A DNA stretch of 64,000 bases from Escherichia coli (GCF_003018255.1 NZ_CP027440.1), one strand, 5' to 3'. Shown: positions 14,230 to 29,098, numbered from the stretch's first letter. The notes: generated by a model from the letters alone, not told the origin. Numbers and translations: made by a program.

Positions 14230-15771
14230 TTACCAGGATTGGGTTGCTTTGAAGGAATCGAGGATGCCTTTCAGCTTGCCTTCGATTTCGTCGTTGTAGC
14301 CACCGGTCTGGTTGATCTCTTGCATCAACGGAGCGTGATCACGGTCGACGTAAGCCAGCAGAGCGGCTTCGAAGCTGCCGATTTTCGACAGTTCTACATC
14401 CGCCAGGTAACCACGTTCTGCTGCGAACAGAACCAGAGACTGTTGCGCAACAGACATCGGCGCATACTGTTTCTGCTTCAGCAGTTCGGTCACTTTCTGA
14501 CCGTGGTCAAGCTGCTTACGTGTTGCATCGTCAAGGTCGGATGCAAACTGAGAGAACGCTGCCAGTTCACGATACTGTGCCAGAGCGGTACGGATACCAC
14601 CGGACAGTTTTTTCATGATCTTGGTCTGTGCTGCACCACCAACACGGGATACGGAAATACCCGGGTTAACCGCAGGACGAATACCGGCGTTGAACAGGTT
14701 GGTTTCCAGGAAGATCTGACCATCGGTAATGGAGATTACGTTGGTTGGAACGAACGCAGAAACGTCACCCGCCTGAGTTTCGATAATCGGCAGCGCAGTC
14801 AGAGAACCGGTTTTCCCTTTCACTTCACCTTTGGTGAAGGCTTCAACGTATTCGGCGTTAACACGCGCAGCACGCTCCAGCAGACGAGAGTGGAGGTAGA
14901 ATACGTCGCCCGGGAATGCTTCACGTCCTGGCGGACGACGGAGCAGCAGGGAGATCTGACGGTAAGCAACAGCCTGTTTAGACAGGTCATCGTAAATGAT
15001 CAGCGCATCTTCACCGCGGTCACGGAAGTATTCGCCCATTGCACAACCAGCGTACGGTGCCAGGTATTGCAGTGCAGCGGATTCAGACGCGGTTGCTACC
15101 ACAACGATGGTGTTAGCCAGTGCGCCGTGCTCTTCCAGTTTACGTACCACGTTAGAAATGGTGGACGCTTTCTGGCCGATAGCGACATAGATACATTTGA
15201 TACCGGAATCGCGCTGGTTGATGATGGCATCGATAGCCAGTGCGGTTTTACCGGTCTGACGGTCACCGATGATCAATTCACGCTGACCACGACCGATTGG
15301 GATCATGGAGTCAACGGCTTTATAACCGGTCTGTACCGGCTGATCTACGGACTGACGTTCGATAACGCCCGGAGCGATTGCTTCTACAGCAGAGAAGCCG
15401 TCGTGATCCAGCGGACCTTTACCGTCGATTGGTGCACCCAGAGTGTTAACCACACGGCCCAGCAGGCCACGGCCAACCGGAACTTCCAGGATACGGCCAG
15501 TACACTTAACTTTCATGCCTTCGGCAAGGTCAGCGTACGGACCCATAACAACCGCACCTACAGAGTCGCGCTCGAGGTTCAGTGCGATAGCGTAACGGTT
15601 ACCCGGCAGGGAGATCATTTCACCCTGCATACAATCGGCCAGGCCGTGAATGCGGATAACACCGTCACTTACAGAAACAATAGTACCTTCGTTGTGAGCT
15701 TCACTCACAACATTGAACTGAGCAATGCGCTGCTTGATCAGTTCGCTGATTTCGGTGGAATTCAGTTGCAT
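14230..15771 (-). CDS. atpA: F1 ATP synthase alpha subunit
   Basis: 513-aa ORF with Walker A motif GDRQTGKT. Confidence 0.97.
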
Positions 15772-15783
15772 GCTCCAGTCCCC

Positions 15784-16317
15784 TTAAGACTGCAAGACGT
15801 CTGCAAGGCGCTCAAGACGACCGCGTACGCTGCCATCAATGACCATATCACCCGCTCGGATGATAACGCCTGCCATTACAGACTTATCGATTTTGCAATT
15901 CAGCTTAACTTTGCGTGACAGACGTTTTTCCATCGCAGCAGAAATTTTCGCGAGCTGTTGTTCACTCAGTGCGGCAGCGGAAATGACGTCTACCTCAGCG
16001 GTAGCCTCACTCACGGCACGCAGGTGAATAAACTGCTCCAGAACATCCGGGAGCGCGTTAAGACGACCATTTTCAGCCATAACCCGAATCAGGTTCTGAC
16101 CGTTTTCGTCCAGTTGCTCACCACAAACTGCGATAAACGACTCGGCGAGCGTTTCTGGCGCAAGCGCGCCAGAGAGAAGCTCTGCCATTTGTTCGTTTTT
16201 GGTTACCTCGGCGGCAAACGCCAGCATGTCCTGCCAGCGTTCTACACTTTGGTGTTCGACGGCAAAGTCAAAAGCTGCTTTGGCGTAGGGGCGAGCTACC
16301 GTAATAAATTCAGACAT
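15784..16317 (-). CDS. atpH: F1 ATP synthase delta subunit
   Basis: 177-aa ORF, position and sequence typical of AtpH. Confidence 0.95.
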
Positions 16318-16331
16318 CAGCCCCTCCCTCC

Positions 16332-16802
16332 TTACAGTTCAGCGACAAGTTTATCCACGATGTCGCTGTTAGCAGCTTCATCCACGGAACGTTCGATGAT
16401 CTTCTCGGCGCCAGCAACAGCCAGGATAGCAACTTGCTTACGCAGCTCTTCACGGGCACGTTTACGCTCGGCTTCAATTTCCGCCTGCGCCTGGGCCACG
16501 ATTTTAGTACGTTCCTGTTCTGCCTCAGCTTTCGCTTCGTCCAGAATCTGCGAGCGGCGTTTGTTAGCCTGCTCGATGATTACCTGGGCTTCCGCTTTCG
16601 CTTTTTTCAGCTGGTCGGTCGCGCTGGCCTTTGCAAGGTCAAGGTCCTTATGTGCTCGTTCTGCGGAAGCAAGGCCGTCAGCAATTTCTTTTTGACGTTT
16701 TTCGATGGCTGCCATTAATGGCGGCCATACGTACTTCATGCAGAACAGAACGAACAGGACAAACGCGATGGCCTGGCCGAGGATTGTTGCGTTAAGATTC
16801 AC
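16332..16802 (-). CDS. atpF: Fo ATP synthase b subunit
   Basis: 156-aa ORF with one N-terminal transmembrane helix then a long charged coiled coil. Confidence 0.95.
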
Positions 16803-16846
16803 AGCACAATGCCTCTATTTAGTTAACGTTCTGATATTGCTCTTTA

Positions 16847-17121
<275 letters not shown>

Positions 17122-17149
17122 TCAGTTAAAACGTAGTAGTGTTGGTAAA

Positions 17150-18366
<1,217 letters not shown>

Positions 18367-18970
18367 TCCTGCTCCCTTCGAGGTATGCCGCGTGTCGTAT
18401 AAAACTTTCTTTAAGGCTTAGAGTCAAGCATCAAAAAGCGGTCAAATTATACGGTGCGCCCCCGTGATTTCAAACAATAAGTAGCCAAAAGGTGAATAAA
18501 TGTTTAAATATTTTTCCAGTGCATACAATTGCGACTTTTCTGCAAACCCTGTTCGATCATGAAAAACTGTAAATAACGCGTAAACACTGGTGATAAAGCG
18601 TGCTTCAGATCACATATTGAGCATGTTCGCGCACAGCATATTTATTTACTTGGCAAATGATGCCTTTGCAAGTTTATGATATTTCAGTCTAAAAACAGAT
18701 ACTGTTTTAATAAATGACATTTACACAACAAAAACCACCCATTGACATTTTTAATAATGTTTTAACAGCCAATGATGATTCTTAGCGCCGATTTTTAGCA
18801 GACTGATATTTTCACTTATGACTTATTTTCTGCTTACCAAAAAAAGCCACGTTATCTTGTTGATGCAAAAGAGTGAACGTGGCGTTAAATGTAACCAGTT
18901 ATATCAGTAGAAAACCTGGTTGTTGTTAACAGTCTAACCGGTCAATTTTTTATGATTTTTTTGATAAAAA

Positions 18971-19594
18971 TTAAATTTTATTTGCTTTAATCACCACCAG
19001 ATGACGTTCGCCATCCAGGGCCGGAACGTGAAGTTTAACCACTGATTCGACCTGATATTCTTCGGGCAACAAAGCGATTTCATCTTCCGGCATTTGGCCT
19101 TTCAGCGCGTAGAAACGGCCTTGCTCACCAGGAAGATGGTGACACCAGCTCACCATATCGTTCAGAGAGGCAAAAGCGCGGCTAATTACGCCATCAAATG
19201 GCGGCTCTGAAGGAAACTCTTCTACCCTGCTCTGTACTGGCTCAATATTCTCCAGTTTAAGCTCATGTTGCACCTGACGAAGGAAACGCACGCGTTTACC
19301 AAGGCTATCCAACAGAGTGAAATGGGCTTCAGGACGCACGATAGAGAGTGGAATGCCAGGCAGTCCTGGACCGGTGCCGACATCGATAAACCGTTCACCT
19401 TGCAGATACGGTGCCACCACAATGCTATCGAGAATATGGCGTACCAGCATCTCATTAGGATCGCGGACCGAAGTCAGGTTGTACGCTTTATTCCATTTAT
19501 GCAGCATATTCACATAGGCAATAAGCTGGTTTTTCTGGTGATCGGTAAGCGAAATACCTGCGTCTTTCAGCAGTAAGGAGAGTTTGTTGAGCAC
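18971..19594 (-). CDS. rsmG: 16S rRNA m7G527 methyltransferase RsmG (GidB)
   Basis: 207-aa ORF ([28 protein letters not shown]...), SAM-methyltransferase, adjacent to mnmG. Confidence 0.95.
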   Translation of the reverse strand: MLNKLSLLLKDAGISLTDHQKNQLIAYVNMLHKWNKAYNLTSVRDPNEMLVRHILDSIVVAPYLQGERFIDVGTGPGLPGIPLSIVRPEAHFTLLDSLGKRVRFLRQVQHELKLENIEPVQSRVEEFPSEPPFDGVISRAFASLNDMVSWCHHLPGEQGRFYALKGQMPEDEIALLPEEYQVESVVKLHVPALDGERHLVVIKANKI

Positions 19595-19657
19595 GGTGAT
19601 TACCTGTTCTTGATGCGTTGCCCGGTAAGCGGGTGCTTACCAGGCATTTTTAATGCG

Positions 19658-21547
19658 TTATGCGCTACGACGCAGCATACCCTGTTTTTTCAGCCACACC
19701 AGCAGAATGGAGATGGCCGCAGGCGTGACGCCAGAAATACGCGAAGCCTGGCCGATAGAGGCCGGTTTGTGATCGTTAAGTTTGGCGATCACTTCGTTAG
19801 AAAGACCGGATACCTGGCGGTAATCCAGCGTCGCTGGTAGCAGGGTGTTCTCGTTACGCAGCTGCTTTTCGATCTCATCTTGCTGGCGCGCGATATAACC
19901 TTCGTATTTAACCTGAATCTCAACCTGTTCCGCCGCCTGTTCGTCTGTCAACGCAGGGGCAAACGGCGTCAGCGTGGTTAATTTTTCATAAGTCATTTCC
20001 GGACGACGCAGCAGATCTTCACCACTGGCTTCACGGGAAAGTGGCGCAGTCAGGTGAGCATTCACTTCGGCTGCAGCTTCCGCCGACGGGGTTACCCAGG
20101 TCGATTTCAGACGCTGACGCTCACGCTCGATATTCTCAAGTTTCTCGTTAAAGCGCGCCCAACGTTCGTCATCCACCAGGCCCAGTTCACGACCAATTTC
20201 AGTCAAACGCAGATCCGCATTATCTTCGCGCAGCATCAGACGATATTCTGCGCGCGAGGTAAACATACGATACGGTTCTTTGGTTCCTAAAGTGCACAGG
20301 TCATCAACCAGTACGCCGAGATACGCCTGAGAACGCGCCGGAGCCCAACCTTCTTTGTCAGCAGACAGACGGGCAGCGTTAAGACCGGCCAGCAAACCTT
20401 GCGCAGCGGCTTCTTCGTAACCGGTAGTGCCGTTAATCTGACCAGCAAAGAACAGCCCCTGGATAAACTTGCTCTCCAGCGTCGGTTTCAGGTCGCGTGG
20501 ATCGAAGAAGTCATACTCAATGGCATAACCCGGACGCACGATCTTCGCGTTTTCCATCCCCTGCATGGAGCGGACGATTTGCATCTGCACATCGAACGGC
20601 AGGCTGGTGGAGATACCGTTCGGATAAATTTCGTTTGAGGTCAGCCCTTCCGGTTCAAGGAAGATCTGATGCTGATTTCTGTCGGCGAAGCGCATGACTT
20701 TGTCTTCGATCGACGGGCAGTAGCGTGGGCCGACACCTTCGATCACCCCTGCATACATTGGGCTACGATCGAGGTTACTGCGGATCACATCATGGGTTTT
20801 CTCGTTGGTATGGGTGATATAACACGGCACCTGCTGTGGATGCTGGGACGCATTACCCATAAACGAGAATACCGGCATTGGGTTATCGCCATGCTGTTGC
20901 GCCAGCACGCTGAAGTCGATAGTACGCGCATCAATACGCGGCGGTGTCCCGGTTTTCAGACGACCAACGCGCAGCGGCAGTTCACGCAAACGGCGAGAGA
21001 GCGGAATGGACGGCGGATCACCAGCACGACCACCGCTGTAGTTATCCAGACCGATATGAATTTTACCGTCGAGGAACGTCCCAACGGTAAGCACGACGGC
21101 TTTGGCACGGAACTTCAGTCCCATTTGGGTAACAGCACCGACCACGCGATCGTTTTCGACAATAAGATCTTCAACCGCCTGCTGGAAGATCATCAGGTTC
21201 GGTTGGTTCTCCAGCGCCGTACGTACCGCCTGACGGTAGAGCACACGATCCGCCTGAGCTCGGGTAGCGCGAACCGCCGGTCCCTTGCTTGCGTTTAGTA
21301 TCCTAAACTGGATACCCGCCTGATCGATCGCTTTCGCCATCAGACCGCCGAGTGCATCCACTTCTTTTACCAGATGTCCCTTCCCAATACCGCCGATCGC
21401 CGGGTTGCAGCTCATCTGCCCCAGAGTGTCGATATTGTGTGTCAAAAGCAGAGTCTGTTGACCCATACGCGCCGCGGCCATCGCGGCCTCGGTGCCTGCA
21501 TGACCCCCGCCAATGATGATGACGTCAAAAGGATCCGGATAAAACAT
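19658..21547 (-). CDS. mnmG: tRNA uridine-5-carboxymethylaminomethyl modification enzyme MnmG (GidA)
   Basis: 629-aa ORF with FAD-binding motif [13 protein letters not shown]; oriC lies directly upstream. Confidence 0.97.
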
Positions 21548-21639
21548 GGTGATTGCCTCGCATAACGCGGTATGAAAATGGATTGAAGCCCGGGCCGTGG
21601 ATTCTACTCAACTTTGTCGACTTGAGAAAGACCTGGGAT

Positions 21640-21910
21640 CCTGGGTATTAAAAAGAAGATCTATTTATTTAGAGATCTGTTCTATTGTGATCTCTTATTA
21701 GGATCGCACTGCCCTGTGGATAACAAGGATCCGGCTTTTAAGATCAACAACCTGGAAAGGATCATTAACTGTGAATGATCGGTGATCCTGGACCGTATAA
21801 GCTGGGATCAGAATGAGGGGTTATACACAACTCAAAAACTGAACAACGGTTGTTCTTTGGATAACTACCGGTTGATCCAAGCTTCCTGACAGAGTTATCC
21901 ACAGTAGATC
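21640..21910. other. Chromosomal replication origin oriC
   Basis: Three AT-rich 13-mers (GATCTATTTATTT 21658-21670, GATCTGTTCTATT 21674-21686, GATCTCTTATTAG 21689-21701); DnaA boxes TGTGGATAA 21715-21723, TTATACACA 21821-21829, TTTGGATAA 21856-21864, TTATCCACA 21895-21903; about 14 GATC sites; flanked by mnmG and mioC. Confidence 0.95.
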
Positions 21911-21925
21911 GCACGATCTGTATAC

Positions 21926-22369
21926 TTATTTGAGTAAATTAATCCACGATCCCAGCCATTCTTCTGCCGGATCTTCCGGAATGTCGTGATCAAGAATGTT
22001 GATCTTCAGTGTTTCGCCTGTCTGTTTTGCACCGGAATTTTTGAGTTCTGCCTCGAGTTTATCGATAGCCCCACAAAAGGTGTCATATTCACGACTACCA
22101 ATACCGATTGCGCCAAAGCGGACCGCAGAAAGATCGGGCTTCTGTTCCTGCAATGCTTCATAGAAAGGAGAAAGGTTGTCCGGAATATCTCCGGCACCGT
22201 GGGTTGAGCTGATAACCAGCCAGATCCCAGAGGCAGATAAATCTTCCAACAGCGGACCGTGCAGCGTTTCGGTGGTAAAACCCGCCTCTTCCAGCTTTTC
22301 AGCCAGGTGTTCTGCTACATATTCGGCACCGCCGAGGGTGCTGCCGCTGATAAGAGTGATATCTGCCAT
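21926..22369 (-). CDS. mioC: FMN-binding flavodoxin-like protein MioC
   Basis: 147-aa ORF (MADITLISGSTLGGAEYVAEHLAEKLEEAGF...), adjacent to oriC. Confidence 0.95.
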   Translation of the reverse strand: MADITLISGSTLGGAEYVAEHLAEKLEEAGFTTETLHGPLLEDLSASGIWLVISSTHGAGDIPDNLSPFYEALQEQKPDLSAVRFGAIGIGSREYDTFCGAIDKLEAELKNSGAKQTGETLKINILDHDIPEDPAEEWLGSWINLLK

Positions 22370-22458
22370 AAACCGCCACCTTTATTAAGAGTGGCGTATT
22401 GTACGCTGTGAACGCGTTGGGATCTACCTGTGGAAAAGTATGGGATTAAAAAAGCCGA

Positions 22459-22917
22459 TCAGGGCTTGATGGTACGCATGATCGGGTTTTGCAGGACGAT
22501 CAATGTCTCGGTGGACTGAATTTCATCAATTGTTTGGATCTTGTTGATAAGTACATGCTGGAGAGCGTCGATCGAACGGCACATCACTTTTATAAAGATG
22601 CTGTAGTGGCCGGTGGTGTAATAGGCTTCAGTGACTTCATCAAGGCTTTCCAGTTTCGCCAGCGCGGAAGGATAGTCTTTGGCGCTCTTTAATATAATGC
22701 CGATAAAGCAGCCTACGTCATAACCGAGCTGCTTCGGGCTGACATCAATACGCGCCCCGGTAATGATCCCCGCCTGCTTCATTTTCTCTACTCGAACGTG
22801 AATCGTCCCCGGACTGACGCCAAATTGTTTCGCCAGTTCGGCGTAAGCGGTGCGCGCATTGCCCATTAATGCTTCCAGGATGCCACGGTCCAGATTGTCG
22901 ATTAGATAATTTTCCAT
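22459..22917 (-). CDS. asnC: Lrp/AsnC-family transcriptional regulator AsnC
   Basis: 152-aa ORF with N-terminal HTH, divergent from asnA. Confidence 0.95.
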   Translation of the reverse strand: MENYLIDNLDRGILEALMGNARTAYAELAKQFGVSPGTIHVRVEKMKQAGIITGARIDVSPKQLGYDVGCFIGIILKSAKDYPSALAKLESLDEVTEAYYTTGHYSIFIKVMCRSIDALQHVLINKIQTIDEIQSTETLIVLQNPIMRTIKP

Positions 22918-23068
22918 AGGATTTTCTTATGCGGATTGATGATTCATTCTATTTTAGCCTTCTTTTTTAATGAATCAAAAGTGAGTTAGGCTTTTTATTG
23001 AATGATTATTGCATGCGTGTCGGTTTTTGTTGCTTAATCATAAGCAACAGGACGCAGGAGTATAAAAA

Positions 23069-24061
23069 ATGAAAACCGCTTACATTGCCAAACAACGTCA
23101 AATTAGCTTCGTGAAATCTCACTTTTCCCGTCAACTGGAAGAACGTCTGGGGCTGATCGAAGTCCAGGCGCCGATTCTTAGCCGTGTGGGGGATGGCACG
23201 CAGGATAACTTGTCGGGCTGTGAAAAAGCGGTGCAGGTAAAAGTGAAAGCTCTGCCTGATGCCCAGTTCGAAGTGGTTCATTCACTGGCGAAGTGGAAAC
23301 GTCAGACATTAGGGCAACACGACTTCAGCGCGGGCGAAGGGCTGTACACGCACATGAAAGCCCTTCGCCCCGATGAAGACCGTCTTTCTCCGTTGCACTC
23401 GGTCTATGTTGACCAGTGGGACTGGGAACGCGTAATGGGCGACGGTGAGCGTCAATTCTCGACTCTGAAAAGCACGGTAGAGGCGATCTGGGCGGGAATT
23501 AAAGCAACCGAAGCTGCGGTTAGCGAAGAGTTTGGCCTGGCACCGTTCCTGCCGGATCAGATCCACTTCGTACACAGCCAGGAGTTACTGTCTCGTTATC
23601 CGGATCTCGATGCCAAAGGGCGTGAGCGGGCGATTGCGAAAGATCTTGGCGCGGTATTCCTCGTCGGGATTGGCGGCAAGTTGAGTGATGGTCATCGTCA
23701 CGACGTGCGCGCACCGGATTATGATGACTGGAGCACCCCGTCAGAGCTGGGCCATGCGGGTCTGAACGGCGATATTCTGGTATGGAACCCGGTACTGGAA
23801 GATGCGTTTGAGCTTTCTTCCATGGGGATCCGCGTGGATGCCGATACGTTGAAACATCAGCTGGCGCTGACCGGTGATGAAGATCGCCTGGAGCTGGAGT
23901 GGCATCAGGCGCTGCTGCGCGGTGAAATGCCGCAGACCATCGGCGGCGGTATCGGGCAGTCTCGTTTGACCATGCTGCTGCTGCAACTGCCACATATCGG
24001 CCAGGTTCAGTGTGGTGTATGGCCGGCAGCTGTTCGCGAGAGCGTCCCTTCTCTGCTGTAA
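23069..24061 (+). CDS. asnA: Aspartate-ammonia ligase (asparagine synthetase A)
   Basis: 330-aa ORF ([50 protein letters not shown]...). Confidence 0.96.
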
Positions 24062-24065
24062 TAAT

Positions 24066-25517
24066 TTATCGCCGCCAGCGTCTGAGCAGGCGGCTTCGCA
24101 TCCCGGTATCAAAGCGCCAGATATGATCGAAAATGCGCATGATGCCGGGTTTGCCATGTGCAGACATCGCCACGGCATGAAAGCGATGCTGATGTACGCG
24201 CTGTAGCTCTTTCACTTTACTCGTCACGTCGTCAGGCAACCGCTGGGCGATAAAATCAGAAATCACCACCGCATCGGCATCAAACCATTCCCTGCTTTGC
24301 AAGCGTTCCATAATGGCGCGAAAACAACTGGCAAGATCGGTGCCGCCACGAAACTGCTGGCTTAAAAAACGGATTGCTTGTTCGATGCCTTGTGGGCCTG
24401 AAAGCTCATAACGGACGATCTCGGTGGAAAATAACATAATATAGCAGCGCCGGTTTTCAGCGAGAGCAATGCGCATCAAGGCCATGCAGAACGCTTTCGC
24501 ACACTGTTCATTAAAGCCGCCCATTGAGCCGGAAGTATCCACACAGACAATAAACGGTCCGCGCGGCTGTTCGTCGTAATCTTTATGTACCACCGGGCGT
24601 TCGATCACTTTTTCACGCCACGACTCACCGTGCAGGCGATAGGTGAGCAACTGTTTTTCCACCAGCCGACGGTAAAACTCATACTCCAGTTCCGTTATCC
24701 CCAGTGTCGCCAGTTCTGGCGGCAGGAGACGTAAAATATCATCGCTTTGTTGCAGACCATCAACCTGCTCAGGAACCGTCGCCGGTTCGCGCACCATGGT
24801 GCGGAAGGTTTCCATCTGCGCATCGTTGCGCGGTATTGATTTGGCTTCCCGTGAACGCCCCAACTGTTCTGCCAGGCGTTTCAGTTCCGGCTGTTCGTTA
24901 AGAAATTCACCGTATTTCACAATCAACTGATAGTCGCCGCGTTTAAGCTGACCGGCGCTCATATCCCACAGACGACCAGCTGCGGTATTGTTATCTGCGA
25001 GAATCGGTTCAAGTTGCCCGCTCAGCGTCATGCGTTCCTGAACTTCACTCAACAGTTGTTCGCGTTCTTCTTCTAATAGCTGCTGATTTAGCGTCGTTGC
25101 TTGCACGATCAGACTTAAACGCCAGCGCTGGAGAAAAAGCGTGTGTAACGCTGAAGTGATCGTACTGTTAGCATCAACCAACTGTCGGGCTTGTTCTGCC
25201 CATGGAGAATTCAGACGATGCAGTAAGTCCAGGATCTGTGGTAGCTGCACAATAAACTGCGGCGTGGAGAGGAGCTGGCTTTGCTGATAGCACATCACCT
25301 CTTCGGTGAGTTCCGGCGGGACTCGGGCATCTTTCAGCCGACTGCGCAGCGCCTCACGCCAGCGGGGAACATCATCAGTGATTGCCGCCTTCAGTCGTGG
25401 GAATTTTTCAAAGAAGACCGCCAGCTGCGGTGAGGCCAGCAGCGCGATGATCATCTCTTCGATCAATCCCTCTTCGCTGACGGCCAGCATCACATTAAGC
25501 GTATCCAGCGTTAGCAT
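24066..25517 (-). CDS. viaA: VWA-domain protein ViaA (partner of RavA)
   Basis: 483-aa ORF; start overlaps the ravA stop by 7 nt; C-terminal von Willebrand A-like region. Confidence 0.92.
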   Translation of the reverse strand: MLTLDTLNVMLAVSEEGLIEEMIIALLASPQLAVFFEKFPRLKAAITDDVPRWREALRSRLKDARVPPELTEEVMCYQQSQLLSTPQFIVQLPQILDLLHRLNSPWAEQARQLVDANSTITSALHTLFLQRWRLSLIVQATTLNQQLLEEEREQLLSEVQERMTLSGQLEPILADNNTAAGRLWDMSAGQLKRGDYQLIVKYGEFLNEQPELKRLAEQLGRSREAKSIPRNDAQMETFRTMVREPATVPEQVDGLQQSDDILRLLPPELATLGITELEYEFYRRLVEKQLLTYRLHGESWREKVIERPVVHKDYDEQPRGPFIVCVDTSGSMGGFNEQCAKAFCMALMRIALAENRRCYIMLFSTEIVRYELSGPQGIEQAIRFLSQQFRGGTDLASCFRAIMERLQSREWFDADAVVISDFIAQRLPDDVTSKVKELQRVHQHRFHAVAMSAHGKPGIMRIFDHIWRFDTGMRSRLLRRWRR

Positions 25518-27007
25518 TGTTGTGCCTGGCGAATCTGGGCGCCGACATCCTGTAGGCTGGCTTCAATGCGACCTAACCAGTCGCCAGGGATAAACAGACA
25601 TTTTTGCTGTTCGCTGAATAAAGCGTGTTGCTTGCGCCAGTCGCTTTCAAGCTCTTCCAGTTGTTGTTTTATTTCACCTGGCAGACCTTCAGCCGATGAA
25701 CCGGGAAGTGCCAGCGTACTGCCTTGTAAACTTACATCGCGTACAACAAGATGTTGGGCGCTATCCACTTCCAGATTCAATTTCTGGGCAAAGCCGATAC
25801 CGTTCAGTTTGCCGCGAATTTCACCACCTTTACTCAGCCACTGTTCCAGCGCGTTACGCTCAAAGGAGATATGAACCACTTCCATATCATGCAGTTTTAA
25901 CGGTTTTTGCAGCAGCAGAGTCAGAGTGGAAGCAGTAACGTTAACAGGAAGTTGATACTGCTGACGACGGCTGAAAATGCCGCCCAGACGAATTACCGTT
26001 AAGGCTGTTTTATCGCTTTGTTGCTGCTGGAGTTGCAGGTGACGTTGCACAATCGCGCCCAGGCGGGTCAACATTCCTTGCTGTTGCCAGGCATGACCGG
26101 TCATCAATACATCAATTTGTTGTTGTATCAAATTCAGGCTTTGCGCGTCATACCACAGGCAATCTTTCAGCAAAATGAGATCAACCGGGGCAACAGCACT
26201 GCGACCGCTAAAAAAGGCGCTGGCCTGCAATAATCGAATCGCTTTTTTCCAGCGACGATCCGAGACATAAGGCGCATCCGGTAATTTATCCAGTTGCTGG
26301 CGCAGCATAAAAATCAGCTCAAATACATGATCGGGCAGCGTAATTTCACCAATCTCTTTCTGCCAGCGTTCATATTCTTCATCTGTGACCTGCAAGGAGG
26401 CAGGAACCGGATTGTCGTTTTCATCCTGTTGACTGGTCAGCATGGAGCGGAAATTCGCTTTATCCTGCACTTTATCTAACCACAGACGAATCAGCATGCG
26501 GTCATATAACGCTTCCAGACTGCTGTCTGCTTCCGGCAGCTCGTTGGAGGCCGCCACCAGCAGGCGCATCGGGATTTTTTCTACGTGTGCACCGTTGCGG
26601 AACTGGCGCTCGTTAATGGCGGTGAGCAAGGTATTAAGAATTGCCGGGCCCGCTTTCCAGATCTCATCCAGAAAGACGATTTCTGCTTCCGGCAGGTAAC
26701 CGCTGGTTAAACGTTCATAGCGCCCTTCATCTTTTAGCGCCTGAATAGAAAGGGGACCAAAAACCTCTTCCGGCGTGGAGAAGCGAGTCATCAGATATTC
26801 AAACGCGCGGGCATTCTGAAAGGCGAATTTTAAGCGCCGGGCGATCAAACTTTTGGCAATACCTGGCGGGCCAAGGAGGAACACACTTTCACCACTTAAT
26901 GCCGCTAATAAACACAAGCGGATGGCGTGGCTACGTTCATAAAGCCCCTTTTCCAACGAACTGCTCAGGCGGGAAATTCTTTCCGCTAATAAATGAGGGT
27001 GAGCCAT
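25511..27007 (-). CDS. ravA: MoxR-family AAA+ ATPase RavA
   Basis: 498 aa from [15 protein letters not shown]... with Walker A motif GPPGIAKS; the track ORF extends 8 codons further upstream (to 27031). Confidence 0.93.
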   Translation of the reverse strand: MAHPHLLAERISRLSSSLEKGLYERSHAIRLCLLAALSGESVFLLGPPGIAKSLIARRLKFAFQNARAFEYLMTRFSTPEEVFGPLSIQALKDEGRYERLTSGYLPEAEIVFLDEIWKAGPAILNTLLTAINERQFRNGAHVEKIPMRLLVAASNELPEADSSLEALYDRMLIRLWLDKVQDKANFRSMLTSQQDENDNPVPASLQVTDEEYERWQKEIGEITLPDHVFELIFMLRQQLDKLPDAPYVSDRRWKKAIRLLQASAFFSGRSAVAPVDLILLKDCLWYDAQSLNLIQQQIDVLMTGHAWQQQGMLTRLGAIVQRHLQLQQQQSDKTALTVIRLGGIFSRRQQYQLPVNVTASTLTLLLQKPLKLHDMEVVHISFERNALEQWLSKGGEIRGKLNGIGFAQKLNLEVDSAQHLVVRDVSLQGSTLALPGSSAEGLPGEIKQQLEELESDWRKQHALFSEQQKCLFIPGDWLGRIEASLQDVGAQIRQAQQC

Positions 27008-27229
27008 AATGAAGTGGCGTCCTTTCGTCAAAAGTTCTGCGTAAATTGCGAGTATAGACGTTTCTTGCTGGTGGCTAAAATAGTCTCAAAGGGGGGGTAT
27101 TTTTCTTTGAGCCAGGTTAATGTGGCCGCATTTAGGAGTACGATTTTGCCGTTAATCGTGCATACTGTGCGCTTTTTTGTGGGCCAAGGGACTAAGCACA
27201 CATTTCATATTTCAACGAAAGACTAGTCT

Positions 27230-29098
27230 ATGAGCACTGATAATAAGCAATCATTGCCCGCGATTACCCTCGCGGCGATTGGAGTTGTCTACGGCGATAT
27301 TGGTACCAGCCCGTTATATACACTTCGTGAATGTTTGTCCGGCCAGTTTGGTTTTGGCGTTGAACGCGATGCCGTGTTTGGCTTTTTATCGCTGATCTTC
27401 TGGCTGCTAATCTTTGTGGTTTCCATTAAATATCTCACCTTCGTGATGCGGGCAGATAACGCCGGTGAAGGGGGGATCCTGACGTTGATGTCGCTTGCCG
27501 GGCGTAATACGTCGGCGCGAACCACATCAATGCTGGTGATTATGGGGCTAATCGGCGGCAGCTTTTTCTATGGTGAAGTCGTCATAACACCCGCTATTTC
27601 GGTGATGTCAGCCATTGAAGGTCTGGAAATCGTCGCCCCGCAGCTGGATACCTGGATAGTTCCCCTCTCAATTATCGTTCTCACTTTATTATTTATGATT
27701 CAAAAACATGGCACGGCTATGGTCGGTAAGCTGTTTGCGCCGATCATGCTGACCTGGTTTTTGATTCTGGCAGGACTGGGGTTACGTAGCATTATTGCTA
27801 ACCCGGAAGTGCTGCATGCGCTGAATCCGATGTGGGCGGTGCATTTCTTCCTTGAATACAAAACGGTTTCTTTTATTGCATTAGGGGCAGTGGTGCTGTC
27901 GATTACGGGGGTCGAGGCGCTGTATGCTGATATGGGGCACTTTGGTAAGTTCCCTATTCGCCTGGCGTGGTTCACCGTCGTATTACCTTCCTTAACTCTT
28001 AATTACTTCGGTCAGGGCGCTCTGTTGTTAAAGAACCCGGAAGCAATTAAGAACCCGTTCTTCCTGTTGGCACCGGACTGGGCGCTGATCCCGCTGCTGA
28101 TCATCGCCGCACTGGCGACGGTAATTGCCTCGCAGGCGGTTATCTCTGGCGTCTTCTCATTGACGCGTCAGGCGGTACGTCTGGGATATTTGTCGCCGAT
28201 GCGCATTATTCACACCTCCGAAATGGAGTCAGGGCAAATCTATATTCCGTTTGTGAACTGGATGCTCTATGTCGCGGTCGTGATTGTGATTGTCAGCTTT
28301 GAGCACTCCAGCAACCTGGCGGCGGCGTACGGGATTGCGGTGACCGGAACCATGGTGCTGACGTCTATTCTCTCGACTACCGTGGCACGTCAGAACTGGC
28401 ACTGGAATAAGTATTTTGTTGCGCTGATCCTGATTGCTTTCCTTTGTGTCGATATTCCATTGTTCACCGCTAACCTCGATAAACTGCTCTCCGGCGGCTG
28501 GTTGCCATTGAGCCTCGGTACGGTGATGTTTATCGTGATGACCACCTGGAAGAGCGAGCGTTTCCGCTTGCTGCGGCGGATGCATGAACATGGCAACTCT
28601 CTGGAGGCGATGATTGCTTCGCTGGAGAAATCACCGCCCGTTCGCGTGCCTGGGACCGCGGTGTATATGTCACGTGCAATCAACGTCATTCCCTTTGCGC
28701 TGATGCATAACCTTAAACATAACAAGGTATTGCATGAGCGGGTGATTCTGTTAACTCTGCGCACCGAAGATGCGCCATATGTCCATAACGTCCGTCGGGT
28801 ACAGATTGAACAACTGTCGCCCACGTTCTGGCGCGTGGTGGCAAGTTATGGTTGGCGAGAAACGCCAAACGTGGAAGAAGTATTCCACCGCTGCGGTCTG
28901 GAAGGATTAAGTTGCCGGATGATGGAAACCTCCTTCTTTATGTCGCATGAGTCGTTGATCCTCGGCAAACGCCCGTGGTATTTGCGTCTGCGCGGTAAGC
29001 TGTACTTGCTGTTGCAACGTAATGCGCTGCGTGCGCCGGATCAATTTGAAATCCCGCCAAACAGGGTTATCGAACTGGGTACTCAGGTCGAAATCTAA
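27230..29098 (+). CDS. kup: Low-affinity potassium uptake transporter Kup (TrkD)
   Basis: 622-aa polytopic membrane protein ([32 protein letters not shown]...). Confidence 0.96.

Noticed and set aside
14239-15918. 559-aa ORF on the plus strand
   Set aside because: Entirely antisense to atpA and atpH, with low-complexity, Cys/Arg/Thr-rich translation; an open frame opposite a highly conserved gene is a codon-bias artefact.
20669-21298. 209-aa plus-strand ORF
   Set aside because: Antisense to mnmG.
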